In this document: piece after piece, positions 25,808 to 34,732 of the stretch
How positions within the stretch are numbered: the first letter of the stretch is position 1
Layout: the number at the start of each line of letters is the position of its first letter
NCBI GenBank assembly: GCA_043806215.1
Contig: JAZDHD010000402.1
Coordinates: 3,661-67,660, forward strand
Origin: Pseudomonadota bacterium
Lineage (GTDB): Bacteria > Desulfobacterota > Desulfomonilia > Desulfomonilales > Desulfomonilaceae
DNA length: 64,000 nucleotides
Direction of reading: 5' to 3'
Notes under the pieces: model-generated
What the model was told of the DNA's origin: nothing
Database searches by the model: none
The model's input: the letters and a program-made list of their open reading frames with translations, nothing else
Made by a program: the position numbers and the translations under genes

Positions 25808-25825
25808 TGTCAAGACATGTTGACA
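25808..25825. promoter_or_regulatory. Perfect inverted repeat TGTCAA-GACATG-TTGACA; candidate activator (UAS) site
   Basis: Arms are exact reverse complements; lies about 80 nt upstream (minus sense) of the candidate -24/-12 element. Confidence 0.35.
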
Positions 25826-25883
25826 TCGAGGAAACTTGTCGAGGAATCTCAGGGCCGGAAGTGATGATGGGCGAGGAAAAGCT

Positions 25884-25901
25884 TTCTTGATACGTCAAGA
25901 A
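25884..25901. promoter_or_regulatory. Perfect inverted repeat TTCTTGA-TACG-TCAAGAA, followed by a third CTTGATACG copy
   Basis: The 7-bp arms are exact reverse complements. CTTGATACG recurs at about 25904-25912. Confidence 0.35.
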
Positions 25902-26267
25902 ACCTTGATACGAAAATTCCTTACATGAGGAGATCGTCTTCGCGGAGACTGTCCGGCCATGTCGGTCAAGCGGTATTGTCCCGGATCTCTCGGACTTGGT
26001 GAATTCACGTAACGTAGTACCGGCAAATGCCCTACGATTGGTTACAGTATCATCCGTCCCACCGATCCGGCCATCCCCCATTCCTCCGAGTTTGATCTGC
26101 CTCGTATGAGAGGATTGTAACGGCTATGGGACGGCGAAGACAACAACCTTGATCTTCGGAACCAAACGTACCCACTGGTCCCCCCTGAAGTGACTTTTCC
26201 ACCGAGGGAGGTCTTCCCGGGAGTTCGATGCTGCGGGTCCGTTAAGGGTACCAATTGAAGAAATTGC

Positions 26268-26296
26268 TTGACATTACTGAGGACAATTCTTACTGT
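26268..26296 (+). promoter_or_regulatory. Sigma-70-type promoter TTGACA-N17-TACTGT upstream of the NYN gene
   Basis: Consensus -35, 17-nt spacer and an acceptable -10; about 160-nt leader to the ATG at 26459. Confidence 0.45.
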
Positions 26297-26458
26297 ATGT
26301 TAACGGGAGTGGTGAGCGGCTTCCTCACCATTTTCCGAAACTGTAATCACCCCCATGTTTGCGGACATGGGCAGACGGGCTCCCTTCGGGGGGCCTTATC
26401 GCATTCAGCGAGCTTTCCTTTTCCATAACCTACCCATCCGGCGCGGCGCAAGGGACCC

Positions 26459-27121
26459 ATGGACACCTGTATTTATATAGACGGGTTCAACTTCTATTAC
26501 GGTGCGGTCAAGGACACACCTCACAAGTGGCTTGATTTCAAGTCTCTCTTTCAGAGTATCCTGCCCCCGAATTATGTTATTAGCTCGATCAAATATTTCA
26601 CGGCTCGAGTCTCGGCCACTCCACATGACCCGGGAAAGCCTAACCGGCAAGATCGCCTTATTGAGGCTCTCAAAGCGCACATTCCTGAGATCGAGATACA
26701 TGAAGGAAATTTCACCACTCACGAGAGATGGTTCAATCTCAGTAATCATAGGGGTGATCAACTGCGCTCCAACGATTTCCTAGCCGCCAGAGTGGACGAG
26801 ACCAAAGAAAAAGGCTCTGACGTGAAACTCGCGGTTCATCTCGTAAATGATGCACACAAACAGTCATATGAGTGCTTTGTTGTGGTCTCAAATGATAGTG
26901 ACCTGGCGGAGGCTATGAAGATTGTCAAAGGGATGCCGAGGACTCTGGTCATTCTTATGACGCCCCCACGTTTTAAGAGAACGCGATCTACGCTCTTGAA
27001 GACGCATTCCCATCAAGCTTGGAAGATCAAATCATCACATTTGGCCGATAGCCAATTACCTGATCCGGTAGTGGATTCGACTACGGGTAAGCGCTATGCA
27101 AGACCTGCGGAGTGGTGGTAG
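26459..27121 (+). CDS. NYN-domain (LabA/PIN-like) putative ribonuclease
   Basis: IYIDGFNFYYG at the N-terminus and EKGSDVKLAV...VVVSNDSDLAEA are the acidic motifs of NYN domains. The DNA is visibly AT-richer than its neighbours. Confidence 0.7.
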   Translation: MDTCIYIDGFNFYYGAVKDTPHKWLDFKSLFQSILPPNYVISSIKYFTARVSATPHDPGKPNRQDRLIEALKAHIPEIEIHEGNFTTHERWFNLSNHRGDQLRSNDFLAARVDETKEKGSDVKLAVHLVNDAHKQSYECFVVVSNDSDLAEAMKIVKGMPRTLVILMTPPRFKRTRSTLLKTHSHQAWKIKSSHLADSQLPDPVVDSTTGKRYARPAEWW

Positions 27122-27290
27122 TCCAGGCTGTAGGGTTACTGGGCAGGTTTCTTGTTTGTCGGCCATGCGGGGGTAGGTCCCGGCAACTCGCAAGCCCCAG
27201 GACGGGGGGTATCGCGGTCACAGTAACAACCAGTTTTGGCGCTGCCTAGTCAATGGTTTGCGGACGGCCCCTCAAGTCGGCCTTCCCCGG

Positions 27291-28721
27291 TCAATCACCA
27301 CGTTTGTTCTTCAAGCGCTGATTCAGTGCCTGGGGCGTAATCCCCAACATGAATGCCGCGGCCCGCTGATTCCCGTTCGAGCGGTGCAGCGCCTCGCTGA
27401 TGAGTGCCGCGGTCGCTTCCTTGATGGTGGGAAGCTGATCCAGGTGAGCAAATGATGGCTCGACCGACGACGAGGGCCGGACGAAGCCATGGATGGTTGC
27501 GGCTCCTTCACTGCCCTGTATGGCTGTCTTGAAGAGATCCGTCGAGAGCACTTCCGACCGGCTTCTTCCCACTGCGTCCACCACCAGTGACTTGAGTTCT
27601 CTCACATTGCCCGGGAAGTGATGGCTTTGGAGAAGTTCGACAAGATCTTGACCGTATGTCGGTCTTTCTCTATCAAACTCTCTTGCCGCCTCTTCGATGA
27701 AGCAATCGAGAAGGATCGGGATGTCGTCCAAGCGCTCCCGCAGGGGAGGAATGCGCACGGTGTGCGTGCGGAGTCTGTAGAAGAGGTCTTCTCGGAACCG
27801 CCGTTCCTGTACCAACTTCGACAGATCCCTGTGGGTGGCGAAGAGAAACCTCACGTTTGCAGGCTTGGCCACATCAGCGCCCAAGGGAACGTACTCCTGC
27901 TTGTCGAGAAGGCGCAACAGCTTCACCTGTGAGTTCAGACTGAGGTCCCCGATTTCATCCAGGAACAGACTGCCTCCCGCGGCTCGCTCGATCCGGCCCA
28001 ACCTTACGCCGGCCGCGTCGGTGAATGCGCCTTTTACGTGGCCGAAAAGGGTATCCGCGAACATGTTGTCGTCGACACCCGCGGCATTGACCGCAACAAG
28101 ATCTCCTTCCCTTTCGCTGAGGGCATGGATGGCTTCGGCAATGAGTTCCTTGCCGACACCGGACTCGCCGGTTATCAGCACCGGGTGGGTTCCCACCGCA
28201 ATTGCCTCACAGTACCGGAATATGGCCTTCATGTTGCGGTTGCGTGTGACAATTCGTGAGAACTTGTCGGGATCCTCGGGTGAGTCGGAGAAAAAGCGGT
28301 GGATGAGTCTGGCATTCTCCCGCTTCAATTGGCGCATCTCGGTCGCCCTGCGGACAATGGGGAGCAGCCGCTCCCTGTCGACGGGTTTGAGGACGTAGTC
28401 GAATGCACCCCTTTGCATACACCGGACCGCCGTCTCCACCTCGTTTACTCCCGTTACCATTATGACGGGAATCTCCGGATATTTGACGACGAGGCTCGAC
28501 AGGATCTCTTCGCCCGAGAGATCGGGCATCAGCAGGTCCAGGAGGATAAGTTCAGCCTCCATGCCGGCAAGAATCTCGAACACCCGCGGACTTTCCGAGC
28601 AAGTGACGATGTTGGTGTAGCCTCCGGTGCGCAGTGCAACTTCGAAGCTCTTGACGGCATGAATTTCGTCGTCGACAATGAGTATGGGCTTGTGGGGCGC
28701 CCTGCCTCGCTTGCCGATCAT
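27291..28721 (-). CDS. Sigma-54-dependent response regulator (NtrC family enhancer-binding protein)
   Basis: Trimmed to the ATG at 28721 (GGAGGGG upstream, ATGA overlap with the kinase stop). Receiver ILIVDDE...DLLMPDLSG, AAA+ GESGVGKE and GAFTDA loop, C-terminal Fis-type HTH. Confidence 0.9.
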   Translation of the reverse strand: MIGKRGRAPHKPILIVDDEIHAVKSFEVALRTGGYTNIVTCSESPRVFEILAGMEAELILLDLLMPDLSGEEILSSLVVKYPEIPVIMVTGVNEVETAVRCMQRGAFDYVLKPVDRERLLPIVRRATEMRQLKRENARLIHRFFSDSPEDPDKFSRIVTRNRNMKAIFRYCEAIAVGTHPVLITGESGVGKELIAEAIHALSEREGDLVAVNAAGVDDNMFADTLFGHVKGAFTDAAGVRLGRIERAAGGSLFLDEIGDLSLNSQVKLLRLLDKQEYVPLGADVAKPANVRFLFATHRDLSKLVQERRFREDLFYRLRTHTVRIPPLRERLDDIPILLDCFIEEAAREFDRERPTYGQDLVELLQSHHFPGNVRELKSLVVDAVGRSRSEVLSTDLFKTAIQGSEGAATIHGFVRPSSSVEPSFAHLDQLPTIKEATAALISEALHRSNGNQRAAAFMLGITPQALNQRLKNKRGD

Positions 28722-30934
28722 TCTTTTCCCCTCCGGCAGACGCAGGCATATGCGCCCAGGACCGCATCGGCCTCTTGAGGCAAGCAATGGGGATGGTGGG
28801 AGGCGGAAGACAACTCGTCCCCATCGGCACATGCAGCGCAGCACACGCCCGAGTCCACGGCCGGCAAACGAAGATACACCTTGGTACCGGCGCCGAATTT
28901 CGACTCGAATTCCAGTCTCCCATTATGTTCTTTTACTATCCCTGCACATACGGACAATCCGAGGCCGGTCCCGCCGACGTCCGCCTTTGTCGTGAAGAAC
29001 GGATCGAGGACATGATCCATGTGTTCGGGCCGGATACCCGTGCCCTCATCCGCAATGCACACCACAACCTCATTATCTTCCGGAACATGAGATGTCGTGA
29101 CGACAATTCCCTTATTCCGGTCGGGCAATGCTTGACAGGCATTCTGGATGAGGTTGACCACCACCTGTTCCAGCCTTTGCAGGCTTCCCCTTACCAAAGG
29201 CAGATTCTTTGGACAGTCCACAAATACCGACCGAGTAGACTTCTTGATTTGATGTGCCGTAAGGCTCAGGGCCGCGGTAACGACATCGTTCACGTTCACC
29301 TTGTGCGTCACATCCGCACTATCCCTCTTGGCATAGTTCTTCATGTTCGCGATGATCCGGCTGATCCGTTTCGACCCTTCCCATATCCCATCGAACAGAT
29401 TGGTGATTTCGCTTCGCATCTCCGAATAGGGGATGTTCGACACCAGAAAATCGCCGCACTCCTCATGGTATTTGTCGAGAACCGGGAGGACGTCCTCCCA
29501 CGCATTGCGAAGAACCGAGGAGTTCATCATGATGAAGTTGTTCGGGTTGTTGATTTCATGGGCAACCCCCGACGCCACGACGCCCAATGAAGCCAGTTTG
29601 TCGGCTTCCACCAATTGGCGCCGTCTAAGTTCCGCCTCTTCCTCCATCTTTCTCTTGTCCGTGATATCGATCCCGATGGAGACAATGTGGGCCTTCATCT
29701 CCTTCGTGTCTCCCATGAGGCTGTTGGACCAGGAGATGAGCCGCCGTTGGCCCCCCCTGGTCACCCAGTGATTCTCAAAAGACGCAGGGGGAGCCTTCTC
29801 TTCGGTCAATGGAAATATCCCCTTGACGCAGTCGCTTTCCTTGGGGGAAACAAGGAAGTCCCAGACATGGCTCCCCACCGTTTCCTCGGCGGAGTACCCC
29901 GTCAATCGTTCACAAGCCTCATTGAAGAGCACGATGCGGCCCTCATGGTCCGTAACCAGTATGAGGGCGCCTCTGTTGTTGAGGACGGCCCCCGTGAATT
30001 TTCTCTCTTCGTTGAGCTTCTCCTCGGTTTGCCTCCGTCGTATCTCGGCCCCGAGACGATTGGCAACCGCCTGAACGGCATCGATCATAAGATTCGTTTC
30101 AAGGCGTTCAATGGTGTCGGCAAGCACTATGGCGCCTATGGCATTGCCTTCAACGTTCAGAGGCACGGCGAGAATCGTTTCAGCACCGGCCTCCCTGAGC
30201 ACATATCCTCTGAACTCATCGGTCTTACTCAGTCCCGTCACATTGACTGTTTCCCTGTCCCGGACCACCTTCCACGAAAAGCATCGTTCAGGCGGCAGGC
30301 GTTTGGCCGTACGCAGGAGTTTGCCTGAGAAATCGACTTCTCCCAGCACAAGTATCTCGTCCGCTGGTTCGTCGTACAGACAGATCACTCCGTAGGGGTA
30401 ATCGAATCGTTCGACAATCATTGCCACGAGCTGTCCGCAAATCTCCGATAACGTCTTAGGGGAATGAAATATCTCGGAAATCGAGTTGAGGACCTCGGTC
30501 ACGCTGTACCGGTTCCTCAGATAGGAAACGTCCTGAGCCACGATCAGCCGGCCCGGGATCTTCTCATCCGCACAAGTGACGGGGTACGATCTGGTGTAAT
30601 ACAGGCGCCCAATGAGCAGGCTGCTTTCTATGACCTCGATGCGTTCGGACGATGGGCCCTTCACTACGGGACAGCCTTCGCAGGGGACTTCGAATTGACA
30701 GGCGACATCGAAAAACCGATTTCCGACCATCTCCTCCCGCGTGCGGCCGACAAATTCCGCCGCTGCCTGATTCGTCCAAAGGACGTTCAGGTTATGGTCG
30801 TGATAGACGATCATTTCGGGCATGGCGTCGAGAAACGATTCGAGCAGGTCCCCCTTCTTCTCTTTGTCCATCTCGTGCACGGGAATCGAGAGTTGCGCCG
30901 GGTGCGGGCGGAATTCGGTCATTTCTCCCTCCAT
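28718..30934 (-). CDS. Cytoplasmic PAS-GAF-PAS sensor histidine kinase with Cys/His-rich C-terminal tail
   Basis: H-box ASGVAHEINNPNNF and G-box GGTGLGLSVCAGIV. No obvious TM segment. The tail is GVCCAACADGDELSSASHHPHCLPQ...ACVCRRGKE. Confidence 0.88.
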   Translation of the reverse strand: MEGEMTEFRPHPAQLSIPVHEMDKEKKGDLLESFLDAMPEMIVYHDHNLNVLWTNQAAAEFVGRTREEMVGNRFFDVACQFEVPCEGCPVVKGPSSERIEVIESSLLIGRLYYTRSYPVTCADEKIPGRLIVAQDVSYLRNRYSVTEVLNSISEIFHSPKTLSEICGQLVAMIVERFDYPYGVICLYDEPADEILVLGEVDFSGKLLRTAKRLPPERCFSWKVVRDRETVNVTGLSKTDEFRGYVLREAGAETILAVPLNVEGNAIGAIVLADTIERLETNLMIDAVQAVANRLGAEIRRRQTEEKLNEERKFTGAVLNNRGALILVTDHEGRIVLFNEACERLTGYSAEETVGSHVWDFLVSPKESDCVKGIFPLTEEKAPPASFENHWVTRGGQRRLISWSNSLMGDTKEMKAHIVSIGIDITDKRKMEEEAELRRRQLVEADKLASLGVVASGVAHEINNPNNFIMMNSSVLRNAWEDVLPVLDKYHEECGDFLVSNIPYSEMRSEITNLFDGIWEGSKRISRIIANMKNYAKRDSADVTHKVNVNDVVTAALSLTAHQIKKSTRSVFVDCPKNLPLVRGSLQRLEQVVVNLIQNACQALPDRNKGIVVTTSHVPEDNEVVVCIADEGTGIRPEHMDHVLDPFFTTKADVGGTGLGLSVCAGIVKEHNGRLEFESKFGAGTKVYLRLPAVDSGVCCAACADGDELSSASHHPHCLPQEADAVLGAYACVCRRGKE

Positions 30935-30973
30935 CTCGTAACCCGGGCCGGAGGCCGGCCGGGGCAGGGACGG

Positions 30974-31495
30974 CTAGAGAGAATCCTCCAAACTCTCCCC
31001 CAGTGAGGATTGCTCAAATGCCGTCAATTCGGATCGATCTTTCCCGTTGGTCTGGCGGAGAATATCCTGCAACGTGCTCAGGAGAGCGTTTCTTTGTGGA
31101 GCGGAGTATCTCGTCAAGTATTCCCGCAGGCTCCGCTCTTTCCGGTCGGAAATCGCCTTCAGGACTTCGGTGCCCATCGGAGTGATTTGCAGCCTCTTTA
31201 TGCGGTCGTCGTCCGGATCGCTTTTCCTCACGATGAACCCGCTCTTTTCCAGTCTCTTGGCGATACCGGTCATATTGGCACTGGAAACCAACATGATCCG
31301 GTTAACGTTCCTCATTGTATTCTCGCCGTCTTCCGAGGCATCCAGAACCCTGAGCACGTTATACTGAGAAAAGGTCAGCCCCCACTTCTTGACTACCGCG
31401 GCGGAATCCTTCTTGAAGCGTTCGGCAATTCGTACCATGGCCATCATGACCTTCTCATCGATACTCATATCATTCTTATAACCGGAATCGGACAC
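30974..31495 (-). CDS. MarR family transcriptional regulator
   Basis: 173 aa. Winged-helix core LTFSQYNVLRVL...ANMTGIAKRLEKSGFIVRKSDPDDDR. Confidence 0.85.
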   Translation of the reverse strand: MSDSGYKNDMSIDEKVMMAMVRIAERFKKDSAAVVKKWGLTFSQYNVLRVLDASEDGENTMRNVNRIMLVSSANMTGIAKRLEKSGFIVRKSDPDDDRIKRLQITPMGTEVLKAISDRKERSLREYLTRYSAPQRNALLSTLQDILRQTNGKDRSELTAFEQSSLGESLEDSL

Positions 31496-31533
31496 CGTGG
31501 GAGAACCGTCCTGAACAACGTATTTTTCCTCAT

Positions 31534-31562
31534 ATGTTAAAAGTTAACGAGTAAATTGTCAA
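31534..31562 (-). promoter_or_regulatory. Sigma-70-type promoter (TTGACA-N17-TAACAT, minus strand) overlapping palindrome GTTAAAAGTTAAC (31536-31548); candidate MarR operator
   Basis: Read on the reverse complement. The palindrome arms GTTAA/TTAAC overlap the -10 box. Confidence 0.45.
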
Positions 31563-31659
31563 TAGTTTAATGAATAATCCCGACTCTCCCCCGGGAGCCG
31601 ACTTAAGCGGCGAGTAAGACCGAAAGGGACTATAGGTATTCAGGAATTCTTCCGGAATT

Positions 31660-34383
31660 TCAAAGGTATCCAGTATCAAGGACCTTCCGGATTGCCGAAA
31701 GAATGTCCCGGCTGTCGTAGGGCTTGCTCACGAAACCTCCGGCTCCCCTGCCCCTTTCGTTCCGGGTCAGTCCATTGGAAGGGTAACCGCTTGCGACAAT
31801 GACCTTTGCGTCGGGGTCGATGCTCAAGAGTTCTTCCAGACAACGTTTGCCGCCCATTCCCGGCATGATCAAATCGAGGATGATGAGATCAATGTCCTTC
31901 CGACTGCGGGCGTACAGGTCCAGGGCTTCCTCTCCGCTGTGAACCGTGATCACCTTGTACCCGCCGACCTCTATCATTTGCCTTGCCATTGTCCGGACAC
32001 GTTCGTCGTCGTCCACCAGGAGAATGGTTTCGGTTCCCATTGCCGGCATTTCCCTTGCCGCCGCCTTGTCCGGCAAGAGTTCCCCCGAGGAGACGGGGAA
32101 GAAGATCTTGAACGAAGTGCCCCGGCCCGGTTCACTGTAGCACCTGATGTATCCCCCGTGCTGGGAGACAATCCCATGAACGGTGGATAAGCCGAGACCG
32201 GTGCCTTGTCCGTTGATCTTGGTCGTGAAAAAGGGCTCGAATATTCGGTCCATCACCTCGGGTTCCATGCCGGATCCGGTGTCTGAAACGGCAAGGAGAA
32301 CGTAGAGTCCCGGTTTGATACCCAGGTGGGTGCGGACATATTCATCGTTCAGGGAGACATGTTTCGTCTCTATGAGGATCTGTCCCCCATTGGGCATCGC
32401 GTGCTGTGCGTTCACGGCGAGATTGAGAAGTACCTGTTCCACCTGCGCGGGGTCGGCATCGATGACGGCCGGCTTCTCGTCGAGCACCAGCCTGATCTCG
32501 ATCATTCGTGGTACGGTTCGGCGCAGCAGTCGTTGTGCCTTTCGAATCTGTTCATTCAGGTCAATGGGACGGGTCCGGGACTCGAGCTTCCTGCTGAACG
32601 TAAGAATGCGTGAAACGAGGTCGGCCCCATCCCTTGCAGCTTGTTGAATGACCTCGATCTTCCTGCAATCACGGTCTTCCTTATCCTTGCCCAACAGGAG
32701 AAGCTCCGAATATCCCAAGATTGCTTGAAGCAGGTTGTTGAAGTCATGGGCTATTCCGCCGGCAAGCGTACCGACGGCCTGCATCTTCTGTGCATGCAGG
32801 AGTTGTTTGGAAAGCTCCATCTGCTCCGTAATATCGCGCTTCATTCCGACAAAGTTCGTTATCGCTCCCGAGACGTCCCGCACCGGTGAAATGGTCGCGT
32901 CCTCCGTGTAGAGGGTTCCATCCTTTCTTCTGTTGACTAGTCTCCCCGTCCAGATCTCGCCGCCCCTTATCGTGTTCCACAACTGCCCGTAGAATGTGGA
33001 ATCCTGCTCTCCGCTCTTGAGGATACGAGGATTCTTGCCCAAGAGCTCGTCTTTCGCGTACCCGGTCATCCTCTCAAGAGCCGGATTCACGTACTGCATG
33101 GTGCCCTCCGGGTCGGTGATGACAACACCTTCCGCAGCGTATTCCAAAGCGATTGCCGACCGCCGCTGAACCATGTCGGAGTGTTTTCTTTCAGTTATGT
33201 CCCGGGCAACTCCATGGACGGCTACGGGACGGCCGTTCTTCCGGATCGTCCGGCTCCTGACCTCAATCCATTTCCGAGCTCCGTCCAATGTCCGTATCCG
33301 CAATTCGTACGGGCCGGCTTCATCCACTCCGTCTTCAGTTTTCCGTCGAAGCTGTTCCAGCGCCAAAGGAAGATCATCCTCCACCACGACATCCCGGACA
33401 TTGAGGGTGAGAAGCCGCTCTCTGGCGGCCCCCATCAGGTGTTCGGCCGCCTTGTTGGCCGATATGAAATTCCCCCGCAGATCCTCGGTGAAGATTGCAT
33501 CGACGGCATTCTCGAAGAGATCCTTGTACCGTGCCTCACTTTGCCTAAGGGCTTCTTCAGCGAGCCTACGGCCGGAGACATCCCGTATCGCTGCGACCCG
33601 TATCCGTCGGTCTCCATAATCGATCATCTTTCCCCGTATCTCACAGGGAAACGTCGTGCCGTCCTTGCGGAGAGCCTGCGCCTCGTAGGGTTCCTCGTAT
33701 CCGGAGCGAACGTTCTCCAGAACGCGATCTCTATCTTCCGGAACGAACAGAATAGCGCCCGTCTTCCCAACCAATTCCTCCGCGGGGTACCCAAACATCG
33801 TTTCGGCGGCGAGATTCTGCTCTATGACGATTACTCCCTCAGAGAGTAGTATCGCCTCAAAGGTAGCCTCGGAAAGGGCCCGAAACTTTCTTTCGCTTTC
33901 CTGAAGTGCTTCTTCGACCTTCCTGCGGTCCGAAATGTCCTCGACGATTCCCAGGAATCCAACCGCCTTGCCTTCACCGTCCCGTTGGAGGACCGCATTC
34001 AACGACACCAGGCACAGCGTGCCGTCCTTCCTGCCGGAAAGGACCTCACGATTCTTGAGGATTTCCTCTTCCAGGAGATCCTTTACGAGATCTTCCCGAT
34101 CCGAGGCGTTTACACAAAATCCCCGGGCATGTCCGGCAAGGAATTCGTCAACTCCGTCGTAACCCGCGATATGAGCCATCTTGGAATTTGCCTGGAGAAT
34201 AACCCCCTCCATGTTGGACAGAAAAACCCCGACGTTGAGGTTATCCAAAAGCATTCCGTAGTTCCGCCGGTTCTCTTCAAGAGCCCGCTCGGCGCGCTGG
34301 AGGCGTGTCCGCAACTCCTCCGACTCGGCGGACTTCTCTTGCGGCGTATACTCCATGTCGGTCATTGGTTCCTTCAGTGTCAT
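31660..34383 (-). CDS. Multi-PAS hybrid sensor histidine kinase with receiver
   Basis: ORF 31660..34539; start uncertain (the ATG at 34383 was chosen). Several PAS repeats, H-box GGIAHDFNNLLQAILG, G-box GTGLGLSTVHGIV, receiver ILLVDDDE...ILDLIMPGMGG. Confidence 0.85.
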   Translation of the reverse strand: MTLKEPMTDMEYTPQEKSAESEELRTRLQRAERALEENRRNYGMLLDNLNVGVFLSNMEGVILQANSKMAHIAGYDGVDEFLAGHARGFCVNASDREDLVKDLLEEEILKNREVLSGRKDGTLCLVSLNAVLQRDGEGKAVGFLGIVEDISDRRKVEEALQESERKFRALSEATFEAILLSEGVIVIEQNLAAETMFGYPAEELVGKTGAILFVPEDRDRVLENVRSGYEEPYEAQALRKDGTTFPCEIRGKMIDYGDRRIRVAAIRDVSGRRLAEEALRQSEARYKDLFENAVDAIFTEDLRGNFISANKAAEHLMGAARERLLTLNVRDVVVEDDLPLALEQLRRKTEDGVDEAGPYELRIRTLDGARKWIEVRSRTIRKNGRPVAVHGVARDITERKHSDMVQRRSAIALEYAAEGVVITDPEGTMQYVNPALERMTGYAKDELLGKNPRILKSGEQDSTFYGQLWNTIRGGEIWTGRLVNRRKDGTLYTEDATISPVRDVSGAITNFVGMKRDITEQMELSKQLLHAQKMQAVGTLAGGIAHDFNNLLQAILGYSELLLLGKDKEDRDCRKIEVIQQAARDGADLVSRILTFSRKLESRTRPIDLNEQIRKAQRLLRRTVPRMIEIRLVLDEKPAVIDADPAQVEQVLLNLAVNAQHAMPNGGQILIETKHVSLNDEYVRTHLGIKPGLYVLLAVSDTGSGMEPEVMDRIFEPFFTTKINGQGTGLGLSTVHGIVSQHGGYIRCYSEPGRGTSFKIFFPVSSGELLPDKAAAREMPAMGTETILLVDDDERVRTMARQMIEVGGYKVITVHSGEEALDLYARSRKDIDLIILDLIMPGMGGKRCLEELLSIDPDAKVIVASGYPSNGLTRNERGRGAGGFVSKPYDSRDILSAIRKVLDTGYL

Positions 34384-34732
34384 ATCCAGATCCCCCACAA
34401 ATGCGGCCGGCGCACCTCGCCAATTTCTATTCATCTGCGCATGCAAATATTGTTGCGCCCGGCGCTTCAGATTAGCGCGTGTACCTGCCCAAGTCAAAGG
34501 CCTTGTCCGCGTCGGCAATGGACGAAAGGGGCCCGGCATTGAATTTCCCGGTTGCGTGCACTATCCTGAGTTCCACCCGGGAGTTCCGTTTGCCCCATCG
34601 TTCATGAGCATGGACTCCTGGCAGGGGCTTCGTGGACAACAAGTTGTTATTACAATGCTTTCACAATGACCGCCAAGCCCTGCCGCCGTCATGGCAAGAA
34701 CCGCCGCTCCGTTGCGGTTACGAGGTACGGAA

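Noticed and set aside
25761-26254. ORFs 25761..26081 (106 aa) and 26042..26254 (70 aa) in the large gap upstream of the NYN gene
   Set aside because: They have no RBS, no recognisable motifs and odd composition. I treat the region as non-coding, possibly degraded or regulatory.
26195-26255. tRNA-like fragment (GGGAGTTCGATGCTGCGGG) as a possible att remnant for the NYN islet
   Set aside because: The flanks of the TTCGAT loop do not pair into a T-arm, and there is no acceptor-stem complement. The resemblance is too weak.
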